Assembly: GCA_964655245.1 (NCBI GenBank)
Contig: CAZZLQ010000001.1
Coordinates: 2,537-66,536 of the forward strand
Direction: 5' to 3'
Length of the DNA: 64,000 nucleotides
From: an uncultured Bacteriovoracaceae bacterium
Lineage (GTDB): Bacteria; Bdellovibrionota; UBA2394
Part shown: positions 21,812-30,284 of the stretch, piece after piece
Numbering within the stretch: position 1 is the first letter of the stretch
Layout of the letters: each line of letters starts with the position of its first letter
The notes under the pieces: generated by a model
What the model saw: the letters and a program-made list of their open reading frames with translations, nothing else
What the model was told of the DNA's origin: nothing
Database searches by the model: none
Made by a program: the position numbers and the translations under genes

Positions 21812-22384
21812 ATGATGAGCCGAAAACTCTTTTTAAAAAGGCCCCTAGGTTTCCTAGTGGGCCTTTTTTGTTGGACGAGCCCATTACTCGCAGACAAGCC
21901 GTCGAAGCCTGATGCGCACGACGTTTTGCGGGTTGGACAAGTGGCTCCAACCTTTTCACTGAAAGATCGTTTAGGAAAGTCATTCACCTTGGATCAGTTT
22001 CGGGGAAATCTGGTTTTCATCAATTTTTGGGCGACATGGTGTCCACCGTGTGTGAAGGAGCTGCCTTCTATGGAGCTTCTCAACCAGCATTTGAAGGCCA
22101 AAAATTTTGTGATGATCGCTGTTTCAATTGATGATTCGTGGCCCATTATTGAGCAGTTCTTTTCAGAGGACCCCTTCTTCTCCAAGCAAGGCAAATGGCC
22201 CAGCTTTCTAGTTTTGCGAGATCCCGACAAGTCGGTTGCTGAGCGGCTTTACGGCTGCACGGGATGGCCTGAGACCTATATCGTCTCTGCCAAGGGAGAT
22301 TTGATTCAGAAGTTTGAGGGAGATGTAAATTGGGCGGATCCTAAGATGATCCAGCAGATGGAGAACTGGCTGAAAATCAAGTGA
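21812..22384 (+). CDS. Periplasmic thiol:disulfide oxidoreductase, TlpA/ResA-like thioredoxin fold
   Basis: N-terminal signal peptide and a WATWCPPC active-site motif; FINFWA context typical of TlpA-family redoxins. Confidence 0.8.
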   Translation: MMSRKLFLKRPLGFLVGLFCWTSPLLADKPSKPDAHDVLRVGQVAPTFSLKDRLGKSFTLDQFRGNLVFINFWATWCPPCVKELPSMELLNQHLKAKNFVMIAVSIDDSWPIIEQFFSEDPFFSKQGKWPSFLVLRDPDKSVAERLYGCTGWPETYIVSAKGDLIQKFEGDVNWADPKMIQQMENWLKIK

Positions 22385-22446
22385 TATCAATAATTTCTCT
22401 CGTCAACGTTCGTTTCGTTGTGTTAATTCAGGATGGTTGTGTTTGA

Positions 22447-22902
22447 ATGACAAAGGCCAAGGGGAAGAAATCAGGGAAGAAACTCAACCCACAAGGGGGG
22501 GATGCATTGAAAGCGGAAAATGCCGTATCGGCCGAATCGGTGGCATTGCAGTCCAATAAAATTGTGATCTGCAAGGCCCAGGGGTGCCATGACATTGCAA
22601 CCACGCAGAGTCATTGCCGGTTTCACTATCTCGCTGGCTGGCGTAAATCTAAGACCAAAGAGGCAAGAAAGAAGGGCAAAGAGCTCGAAGTCTACTTGTC
22701 GGATCTCAGTAGGAAGTTTCCTGAGGAGTTCCTCGAGAAGATCAGAGCAGAAGTCGATGAGTTGATCGATCGCGAAAGCCGCTCAGAAGAGGCCTCAGAA
22801 GACACCACAGAGCGATCTGGGGGCTTTTTTGATGGGATTGAGGGTGGTGGTGACGACGATATGGATACCATCATCAAGGGTCTAAAAGTCGAAGATTATT
22901 AG
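22447..22902 (+). CDS. Hypothetical small protein: Lys-rich N-terminus, putative Cys/His metal-binding knuckle, acidic C-terminal tail
   Basis: 151-aa ORF with MTKAKGKKSGKK at the start, C-x4-C-H ... H-C-x2-H in the middle (ICKAQGCHD...SHCRFH), and a D/E/G-rich end (GGGDDDMDT). Confidence 0.5.
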   Translation: MTKAKGKKSGKKLNPQGGDALKAENAVSAESVALQSNKIVICKAQGCHDIATTQSHCRFHYLAGWRKSKTKEARKKGKELEVYLSDLSRKFPEEFLEKIRAEVDELIDRESRSEEASEDTTERSGGFFDGIEGGGDDDMDTIIKGLKVEDY

Positions 22903-22950
22903 AGAAACCCACCTTCCCGGAAGGTCGAAACTCTGGTACGACACCCGTCC

Positions 22951-23706
22951 ATGGAAACCCAGGGTCTACGAATTCATGCATATTTAGCGCAAATGGGGCT
23001 GGCTTCTCGCCGTAAGGTCGAGGACTACATTCAGAAGGGCTATATTCAAGTCAACGGAAAGCCAGCTCGTCTGGGTCAGATTGTTCAGCCCGGCAAGGAC
23101 GCTCTAACGTTCAAAGGCAAGCAGCTGAACTTCCCCAAAATGAAAAAGATTGTCGTTGTGGCAGTAAACAAGCCACGAGGGGTTGTTAGCACCTCTGACG
23201 ATCCAGAACGGCGAGCTAAAGTTGTTGATATGGTTCCCAAGAGTTTTGGACGACTCTACCCCGTGGGTCGGCTCGATCTTATGTCCGAGGGGCTGATTCT
23301 GCTCACCAATGATGGCGATCTTTCTTACCGTTTGACTCATCCAAAGTTTGAGATTCCCAAAACCTACGAAGTGAAGATTCGGGGACGATGGGATGCAGGT
23401 AAGCAGGAGTATCTTGAAAAGGGTATTCGAATTGGAAAAGAAAAGTTCGAGCCTGCAAAGATTCTTTCGGTTCGTGAGGCCGCACGTCGTGAGGGCGTGG
23501 AGAAAACAATCATTACGATCCAGATTCACGAAGGTAAATATCACCATATTCGACGGCTCTTTGAGGCGCTCAAATGTCATGTCATTCGATTGAAGCGAGT
23601 TTCGATGGGTCCCGTGACAATTAAGGGCATCCCCCTGGGCGGTTACCGAGTTCTCTCGAAGGCGAGAGTCGAGGAGCTCCACCAGTTCGTGGGTAATGAA
23701 GCATGA
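22951..23706 (+). CDS. 23S/16S rRNA pseudouridine synthase, RsuA/RluB family (S4 domain plus catalytic domain)
   Basis: S4-like N-terminus (RIHAYLAQMGLASRRKVEDYI..G.I.VNG) and the catalytic YPVGRLDLMSEGLILLTNDG motif. Confidence 0.85.
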   Translation: METQGLRIHAYLAQMGLASRRKVEDYIQKGYIQVNGKPARLGQIVQPGKDALTFKGKQLNFPKMKKIVVVAVNKPRGVVSTSDDPERRAKVVDMVPKSFGRLYPVGRLDLMSEGLILLTNDGDLSYRLTHPKFEIPKTYEVKIRGRWDAGKQEYLEKGIRIGKEKFEPAKILSVREAARREGVEKTIITIQIHEGKYHHIRRLFEALKCHVIRLKRVSMGPVTIKGIPLGGYRVLSKARVEELHQFVGNEA

Positions 23707-24767
23707 GCTTTCCTTGGCAGGCGCTCAATGTCGTGTTCAATGGGGTTTCACCTCTTGATATCGACCATCTCGAGCTGAAGTCCGAGGCGGAGGCGCACCA
23801 GTTTATTTTGAGCTATGGATTTGATTTGTTTGAATCCAGCCATGTTAGCTATTTGGAGAAGGTTTATTCTGAAACGATCGACTTTATTGACGCGTACCTC
23901 TGCACAGACGAGGTGAAGATCCCCGCTCCACTACGCAAACTAAACGTTGCCTCTGAGCTGAAGTCCTTGCTGCTTTTGAGTTCAGGTTTGGAGCAGCTGC
24001 CCACGGGATGGAATCCCGAATGGAGACCTTGGGCCTGCGCTATTTTGAGGGTGATCCATGTCTCCTTGCACTTAAAAAGCGACCTTCGATTAAAGTATCT
24101 GCCCAAGATTAAACGGCAAACCGTTGATCGTTTTTCAGCTCATGTTCAAGAAGGCGCAGAGGGAATGTTTCTTGGCTTTGAGTCCGATAAAGTGAAGCTG
24201 GCTCGGTTTGAAAAGAAGCAGGCTAAGGTGAGAGACTCGGTGTTGCTTAAGCTTCTTCATAAGCCATCGGCCATTGCGCAGGAGATTCACGATCATATCG
24301 GTGTGAGATTTGTCACTGAAGGGCGCGTAGATGCTGTAAGAGTTGTACAATACTTGATTGCTCACCATCTACTTTCGTTTCCAAACGTGATGGCTGCTCG
24401 TTGCAGGAACACTTTGATTGATCTGCAGGAGTTTAAAAAGGTCGTTGAGTCTGTGCCTGCCGAAGGGCTGAACGAAAAAACGATCGATTCGGTACTTTCT
24501 TATCCAAAGCTCGAAGATCGACAGAATCAGTTTAGTTCGGAGCGCTACCGCTCATTGCAGTTTACAACCCGACAGTTGATCAGAATCCCCGTAGTGAGGA
24601 GAGGGGTGAAATCGGAAATGACCTTTTTCTTCCCGCTTGAGATTCAGATTATGGATTTGGCTTCCTATGAAGAATCTCTGACTGGAAAATCGGGTCATGC
24701 TGAGTACAAACAAAAGCAATTGGAGGCCGTCCGGCAGCGAGTCTTGAAAGGATTGAGATTGGTATGA
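23703..24767 (+). CDS. RelA/SpoT-domain (small-alarmone-synthetase-like nucleotidyltransferase) protein with a ~170-aa N-terminal domain of unknown function
   Basis: C-terminal half carries the ordered (p)ppGpp-synthetase-fold motifs: HKPSAIAQEI (cf. VKPVASILEK), DHIGVRFV (DxxGxR), ERYRSLQF (YRS.H) and LEIQIMDLASYEE...HAEYKQK (EIQIRT...H..YK). ATGA overlaps with rluB upstream and rimO downstream. Confidence 0.6.
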   Translation: MSFPWQALNVVFNGVSPLDIDHLELKSEAEAHQFILSYGFDLFESSHVSYLEKVYSETIDFIDAYLCTDEVKIPAPLRKLNVASELKSLLLLSSGLEQLPTGWNPEWRPWACAILRVIHVSLHLKSDLRLKYLPKIKRQTVDRFSAHVQEGAEGMFLGFESDKVKLARFEKKQAKVRDSVLLKLLHKPSAIAQEIHDHIGVRFVTEGRVDAVRVVQYLIAHHLLSFPNVMAARCRNTLIDLQEFKKVVESVPAEGLNEKTIDSVLSYPKLEDRQNQFSSERYRSLQFTTRQLIRIPVVRRGVKSEMTFFFPLEIQIMDLASYEESLTGKSGHAEYKQKQLEAVRQRVLKGLRLV

Positions 24768-26176
24768 GATGTCGAGTGGGTTTTGTGAGTCTAGGTTGTC
24801 CGAAAAACTTGGTTGATACTGAGAATATGATGCATTTGTTGGGCCAAAATGGAGCGCTGCTGACCGGAGATCAAAATCAGGCTGACATTGTCGTCATCAA
24901 TACCTGCGGTTTTTTGGAAGCGGCCAAGAATGAATCAATGTCAACGATTGGAGAGTTTATTGCGCTCAAAAAAAAGAAGAAGCTCAAGGGAGTTGTTGTC
25001 GCGGGATGCATGACCGAGCGGTATCTCGGTGTGATGAATGAGAAGTATCCCGAAGTGGATGCATTCATTCAGACTCGTGAGTTCTCCAAGATTGTTGATG
25101 TCGTTCATGCGATTGAGAATGGTGACGATGAGGCTCTGCGACGTCGAAGAGATTTGATCGGTGAGGTGGAGAGTCTTAAAGGGCATAGTGAGCTGACGGA
25201 TTTTGTTGAGCGGATACCTGGAGCGCGTTCCTATGCCTATGTCAAAATCGCTGAGGGCTGTAATCGAACCTGCAGCTTCTGCATTATTCCCAAGTTGAGA
25301 GGGAAGCTGCATAGCCGTTCTGTGGAAGGAATTGTGGATGAAGTTCGAAAGCTTGTTGAGCAGGGGGTCCACGAGGTTATTTTGATTGCTCAGGATCTAA
25401 CCTCATATGGTCGAGATCGTGCAGATGGAGCCAATTTGCTGGGACTAATGCGTGAGTTAGAGACGATTGAAGGTCTGAAATGGGTACGACTTCACTACAA
25501 CTATCCACGTTTCTTCACAGATGAGCTGATTGAGTTTCTTTCTACCTCGAGAGTTTTTTCAGGCTATCTCGATATTCCCTTTCAGCACATTTCGGACCGC
25601 GTGCTGAAGCAAATGCGCCGGCCCGAGACATCAGCTGAGATCAAATCGTTGGTGGAAAAGTTACGCTCAAAAATTCCCAACTTATCTCTACGATCGACAT
25701 TCATGGTTGGTTTTCCCGGAGAAACAGAACAGGACTTTGAGGAGCTTCTAGAGTTTGTGAAGTGGGCAGACTTGGATCACTTGGGGACGTTTAAGTATTG
25801 CCCTGAAGAGGGGACTCCTTCGGCAGGGTTTGAAAATCAAGTCCCTGAAGTGGTCAAGGAAGCCCGTTTTCATAAACTGATGATGCTTCAAAAGGGCATT
25901 CAAAAAAGAAAGCTTAAGGCTCAGTTAGAAAGTCATCGGACCGTTGTTGTTGATGCCTTCTCCGAAAAAACCAAACAGGGGCTGGTTTACGTGGGGAGGC
26001 ATTCAGGTCAATCGCCAGAGATTGATGGCGTGACTTATGTTTTGTCGGATTCCGAGCTCAAAACGGGCCAGTTTGTGGACGTTCAGCTCATTAAAATCAT
26101 GGGCGATTATGATCTGTTTGGAATGCCTAAAGTCGAGTTTGACTCTTTGGCCCAACCTCGGCGAAATCAAAGATAG
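24764..26176 (+). CDS. rimO: Ribosomal protein S12 methylthiotransferase (radical-SAM MiaB/RimO family)
   Basis: RVGFVSLGCPKNLVDTE N-terminal MTTase domain, CNRTCSFC radical-SAM cysteine triad and a C-terminal TRAM-like region. RimO-like rather than MiaB by the N-terminal sequence. Confidence 0.82.
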   Translation: MRCRVGFVSLGCPKNLVDTENMMHLLGQNGALLTGDQNQADIVVINTCGFLEAAKNESMSTIGEFIALKKKKKLKGVVVAGCMTERYLGVMNEKYPEVDAFIQTREFSKIVDVVHAIENGDDEALRRRRDLIGEVESLKGHSELTDFVERIPGARSYAYVKIAEGCNRTCSFCIIPKLRGKLHSRSVEGIVDEVRKLVEQGVHEVILIAQDLTSYGRDRADGANLLGLMRELETIEGLKWVRLHYNYPRFFTDELIEFLSTSRVFSGYLDIPFQHISDRVLKQMRRPETSAEIKSLVEKLRSKIPNLSLRSTFMVGFPGETEQDFEELLEFVKWADLDHLGTFKYCPEEGTPSAGFENQVPEVVKEARFHKLMMLQKGIQKRKLKAQLESHRTVVVDAFSEKTKQGLVYVGRHSGQSPEIDGVTYVLSDSELKTGQFVDVQLIKIMGDYDLFGMPKVEFDSLAQPRRNQR

Positions 26177-26184
26177 TCATCTGC

Positions 26185-26257
<73 letters not shown>

Positions 26258-26314
26258 TGTCTTTCTAAATTTCAAAGCATTGATCCTTTGTAATGTCTTT
26301 ATTTTATCGGCGTT

Positions 26315-26959
26315 TTGGGCAAGATTTTCGTTGTGCTGGCGAAATTGCGATCCACATTTGTCATTGGCATTTTTGCATCGGCCCCGCTTGCGATCACGGG
26401 GTACGTTTTCTTTATTTTGTTCACTTGGTTCGACGGTTTTTTTCAGCCCCTGGTGATTAGACTTCTCGACACGCTCGGAGTTTATGACAAGCCGGTCCCA
26501 GGCTTAGGAATACTGCTTGGAATCATCTTTGTTTTTGTCATTGGCCTGTTAGCCCCCAGTCTGATTGGAAAGCAGCTTTTGGTCATTATGGAGCGAATCG
26601 TTGAGAGACTGCCGTTGGTAAAGTTGATTTATTCGGGGACTCGCCAAATCTTCGAGTCATTCTCCGGAGCGCAGTTGTCAAAATTCAATAGAGTCGTTGC
26701 AGTTCCATTTCCAAGCGAAAACTCTCTCGCCATCGGCTTGGTGACGTCTGAGGTAAAGGGTGGACTTGTCGCTGATAAAGCGAATCATAAAGTGGCGGTT
26801 TTTATTCCAACGACTCCAAACCCAACCAGCGGCTATTTGATTTATGTCGAGCCTCAGAAGGCGATGTCTATCAATATGAGTGTCGAGGATGCTCTTAAGT
26901 TGGTTATTTCTGGCGGTCTAGTGCAGCCCAAAATTGTCGATCGAGTTGATGCCAATTGA
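26315..26959 (+). CDS. DUF502-family membrane protein
   Basis: Two N-terminal TM helices followed by the conserved DUF502 core (PGLGILLGIIFVFVIG...VKLIYSGTRQI). Confidence 0.7.
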   Translation: MGKIFVVLAKLRSTFVIGIFASAPLAITGYVFFILFTWFDGFFQPLVIRLLDTLGVYDKPVPGLGILLGIIFVFVIGLLAPSLIGKQLLVIMERIVERLPLVKLIYSGTRQIFESFSGAQLSKFNRVVAVPFPSENSLAIGLVTSEVKGGLVADKANHKVAVFIPTTPNPTSGYLIYVEPQKAMSINMSVEDALKLVISGGLVQPKIVDRVDAN

Positions 26960-27036
26960 AAAATTGAAGAATTTCGGGTGCCTGCTTTTACCTGCTGCCT
27001 GGCGTTATAATTGTTGAAGGCAGGGAGTCACGGGAG

Positions 27037-27837
27037 ATGGTTCGGCGAACACTAGTTTATGATGCAGCATCACTACTGCGCGTAAAGCGAGAGAAGGCGC
27101 GTGAGGAAGCGGCCAAGCTGGATCCTAAAGGTCTGGAGGCGGCGCCTTCAACGCAGCCGGACTCAAGCTTAGAGCCCGACTCTCCTATGCGTGTCTTCGA
27201 TCATGCGGATGAATTCGTGGAGGTGAATAAGCCTAAAGTGTCGCAAATGATTGGAATCATTGGGGAAATGAAGAAAATGGCTGAGGCCTCGACGAATTCG
27301 GCTCTTTCCGATGAGGACCGCAAGCAGCTCAACATTAGGTTTGTAGAGAAGCGATCGAGTATCGATCGAATGGCAACTGAAACCGAGTTTCTCGGAAGGA
27401 AACTTTTTAACGGAGATCTCATGCGTGGATCTTTAAAGATTCCTGTAGGGAAGGGGCCCCTTGATGTTGTGGAAGTGCGTTTTGAGTCACTGAAAAATGA
27501 TATGACAGGCCTTGAGGGGCAAAAGATCGATACGTTGGTGAACGCTCGTAACGCCCTGAGGGAGATGGATAACGTCTACGCCCGATTTCAGCTTGTTGGG
27601 ATGATGTTCAAAGCAAAAGAAGATGAAATCAACGTGAAGCGTAAGCAGTTCATCGATGAGAATCGTATTCCTGAGGAAGTGGCAAATGCTCGAAAGCTGA
27701 AAGCCATTCAGGAGGTCGCCAATAAGCGACAGGAAGTGCAGCGAATGACTCTGCATATTGAGTTGAAAGAAGAGCAAGAGAGAATCGCTGAGTTCGAGGG
27801 GAGAGAGCGGGCACTTCTCATCAATCGAAAAATCTAA
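27037..27837 (+). CDS. Divergent flagellin-fold (D0/D1-only) protein lacking the canonical N-terminal secretion/D0 segment
   Basis: The central region aligns motif-for-motif with flagellin N-domain D1 (ASTNSALSDEDRKQL..IDRMATETEFLGRKLFNG...IPVGKGPLD...GLE versus TNSQSDLDSIQ..IDRVSGQTQFNGVKVL...IQVGANDGE...GLD). The C-terminus resembles the flagellin C-terminal D1/D0 (KIDTLVNARNALREMDNVYARFQ...IDEN..EEVAN...KAIQE). The conserved GLRINSAKDDAAG block is absent. Confidence 0.5.
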   Translation: MVRRTLVYDAASLLRVKREKAREEAAKLDPKGLEAAPSTQPDSSLEPDSPMRVFDHADEFVEVNKPKVSQMIGIIGEMKKMAEASTNSALSDEDRKQLNIRFVEKRSSIDRMATETEFLGRKLFNGDLMRGSLKIPVGKGPLDVVEVRFESLKNDMTGLEGQKIDTLVNARNALREMDNVYARFQLVGMMFKAKEDEINVKRKQFIDENRIPEEVANARKLKAIQEVANKRQEVQRMTLHIELKEEQERIAEFEGRERALLINRKI

Positions 27838-27838
27838 G

Positions 27839-30235
27839 CTAATGACTCATGGAGATTTCGGCTGCAGTATGCTTCCTCAAGCTCTTGAGGGGCGTCACAA
27901 ATGTCTCCATCAGATTCGGGGGTAAATCAAAAACGTGAAGCAGTACTTCATCCATATCAACGACTGGATGAAACTTAAAACTCTTAAGGATAGAAGAGTC
28001 GATTTCAGAAAGTTCTCTGAGATTGTCCATGGGGTAGACAATTGTATCAACACCCGCTCGCTTTGCCCCCAAAAGCTTTTCCTTGAGTCCTCCAATAGGC
28101 AAGACTCGACCTCGCAAACTGACTTCACCGGTGAGGCCCACTCTACGATTTACTTTCCAGCCTTTGATGGCGGAGAGAATGGCCACCGTTAAAGCTGTTC
28201 CCGCTGAAGGGCCATCCTTTGGCGTAGCGCCTTCGGGAACGTGGATGTGCAGATCGTGTTTTGAAAAAAAATCTGGCTCAATTTCAAACAGGGTGGCTTT
28301 CGATCGGATGTAGCTAATTGCTGCTCGAGCAGACTCTTGCATCACTGAGCCCAGTTGGCCCGTGATTTGGACGTCACCTTTGCCTATCAGAGAGACGGCT
28401 TCGATTCGAAGAACTTCGCCACCCACTGGAGTCCATGCCAAACCAGTTGAAACGCCTACATCATCGATGGGGCCAAGCTCACTTCGTTTGAAACGGGGCG
28501 CACCAAGATATCTCTCCACAGCCTCCTCGGACCATGCTCGAGGGCTTGGATGCGGGATCCCTGAGCTCTCCTCCCGAACGATCTTGCGACAAATTTTAGA
28601 AATCTGCTTCTCAAGGTCTCTAACGCCAGCTTCGCGCGTGAACCGACGAACAATGTAGGCGATGTCCTTTTCTGCAAGAGCTAGATCAGTTTCAGAGAGC
28701 CCATGGTTTCTGAGAACCTTTGGAACAATATAGTTTTTAGCTATTTGAATCTTTTCATCTTCAGAGTAGCCACTCAGTTGGATGATCTCCATTCTATCCT
28801 TGAGGGGTTGTGATATGGAGTCTGTGAAGTTTGCTGTGCAGATAAAGAGAACTTTGGAGAGATCATACTCGAGTTCCAAATAGTGATCTGAAAAGTGTTT
28901 GTTTTGTTCAGGATCGAGAATCTCAAGCAATGCTGATGCGGGATCCCCTCGAAAATCAGATCCCATCTTGTCGATTTCATCTAGCAAGATCACCGGATTA
29001 CTCACTGAAGCCTTTCGAATTGCAGAGATCACGCGTCCAGGAAGAGCGCCGATGTAGGTTCTCCGGTGACCTCGAAGCTCAGCTTCATCTCGTACTCCAC
29101 CCAAAGAAATCTTTTCGAACTTTCTATTCAAGGATCGAGCAACCGAGCGAGCCAAAGATGTCTTTCCAACCCCAGGAGGTCCCATCAGGCACAGAATGGG
29201 CGATTTGTGCTGAGTCACTCGGGCCCTGACGGAGAGGAACTCTAGAATGCGATCTTTGGCATCTTGGATGCCGTAGTGGTCCTCATTAAGAATTCGCTCT
29301 GCCTGCAGAAGATCTTTGGAATCCTCTGATAGTTCATCCCACGGAAGATCAAGAATGAGGTCGACATAGGCCCTGACCATCTGAGCTTCGGCTGCGTGCC
29401 CACCTGCTTTCAAACGCTTGATTTCCTTCAGAGCTTTTTCCCTAGCGTAGGCTGGCATCTTCTTGGACTCTAACTTCTTTTCGAGTTCAACGGCTTCAGA
29501 GCGGGGGTCTAGATTTTCCTGTCCAAGCTCCTTCTGGATGGCGGCCATTTGCTCGTGGAGATAGTAATCACGATGAGATTTTTCAATCTGCTCCTTTACC
29601 TTGCCTCTGATTTTTCGATCCAGTTTCAGAATCTCAATCTCAGCCAAGATGAGCAGGCTCAAGGCTTCTAGGCGTTCGGGAGCGGGCAGAGTATCTAAAA
29701 TTTTCTGCTTATCTCTCAGTTTCACGGAGATTTGAGAGGCAATGACATTACAAAGGCGATGCGGAGATTCAAGACTGTCGAGGCTTCGGAAAACCTCGTC
29801 TAAGGGGCGGCCACTGTTTTTGAGATATGCCTCATAATGAGTCAACAGCGTTCTCATGAGAATACGTTCCGCACTTGTCGCCGTATGATCTTCATCAGGT
29901 AGACGCTCGACCGATGAAACCAGAAAGCCATCCGTGTCTCGGAGACTGTTGATCTTGGCTCGGAAAAGGCCCTCAACCACAACCTTGAGATTGCCTTCGG
30001 GCATTTTGGTCATGTGCTTGATTCTCGCAATCGTTCCAATGGAGTGGAGATGTTGAATGGCGGGATCTTGAACCTGCGGCTCGCTTTGAGTCACAAGAAA
30101 GACAATTCGGTCATTTCCATCGGCGACATCAATGGCTCTGAGTGATCGACTGCGACCCACATACAGAGAGACACTGGTGTTTGGAAAAACAACAACGTCA
30201 CGAAGTGGAAGTACGGGAAGAGCGCTTAGATTCAT
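27839..30235 (-). CDS. lon: ATP-dependent Lon protease
   Basis: 798 aa with a Lon N-domain, AAA+ Walker A (GPPGVGKTSL) and a C-terminal serine protease domain (PKDGPSAGTALT). Confidence 0.95.
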   Translation of the reverse strand: MNLSALPVLPLRDVVVFPNTSVSLYVGRSRSLRAIDVADGNDRIVFLVTQSEPQVQDPAIQHLHSIGTIARIKHMTKMPEGNLKVVVEGLFRAKINSLRDTDGFLVSSVERLPDEDHTATSAERILMRTLLTHYEAYLKNSGRPLDEVFRSLDSLESPHRLCNVIASQISVKLRDKQKILDTLPAPERLEALSLLILAEIEILKLDRKIRGKVKEQIEKSHRDYYLHEQMAAIQKELGQENLDPRSEAVELEKKLESKKMPAYAREKALKEIKRLKAGGHAAEAQMVRAYVDLILDLPWDELSEDSKDLLQAERILNEDHYGIQDAKDRILEFLSVRARVTQHKSPILCLMGPPGVGKTSLARSVARSLNRKFEKISLGGVRDEAELRGHRRTYIGALPGRVISAIRKASVSNPVILLDEIDKMGSDFRGDPASALLEILDPEQNKHFSDHYLELEYDLSKVLFICTANFTDSISQPLKDRMEIIQLSGYSEDEKIQIAKNYIVPKVLRNHGLSETDLALAEKDIAYIVRRFTREAGVRDLEKQISKICRKIVREESSGIPHPSPRAWSEEAVERYLGAPRFKRSELGPIDDVGVSTGLAWTPVGGEVLRIEAVSLIGKGDVQITGQLGSVMQESARAAISYIRSKATLFEIEPDFFSKHDLHIHVPEGATPKDGPSAGTALTVAILSAIKGWKVNRRVGLTGEVSLRGRVLPIGGLKEKLLGAKRAGVDTIVYPMDNLRELSEIDSSILKSFKFHPVVDMDEVLLHVFDLPPNLMETFVTPLKSLRKHTAAEISMSH

Positions 30236-30284
30236 ACTTCTATGAACATAAGCACATCCAAAGCGATGTCGAGGGCTTTAAGTC

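Noticed and set aside
22385-22446. CAACG-ttcgttt-CGTTG hairpin after the tlpA-like gene as a terminator
   Set aside because: The stem is only 5 bp with no U-tract. Too weak to call.
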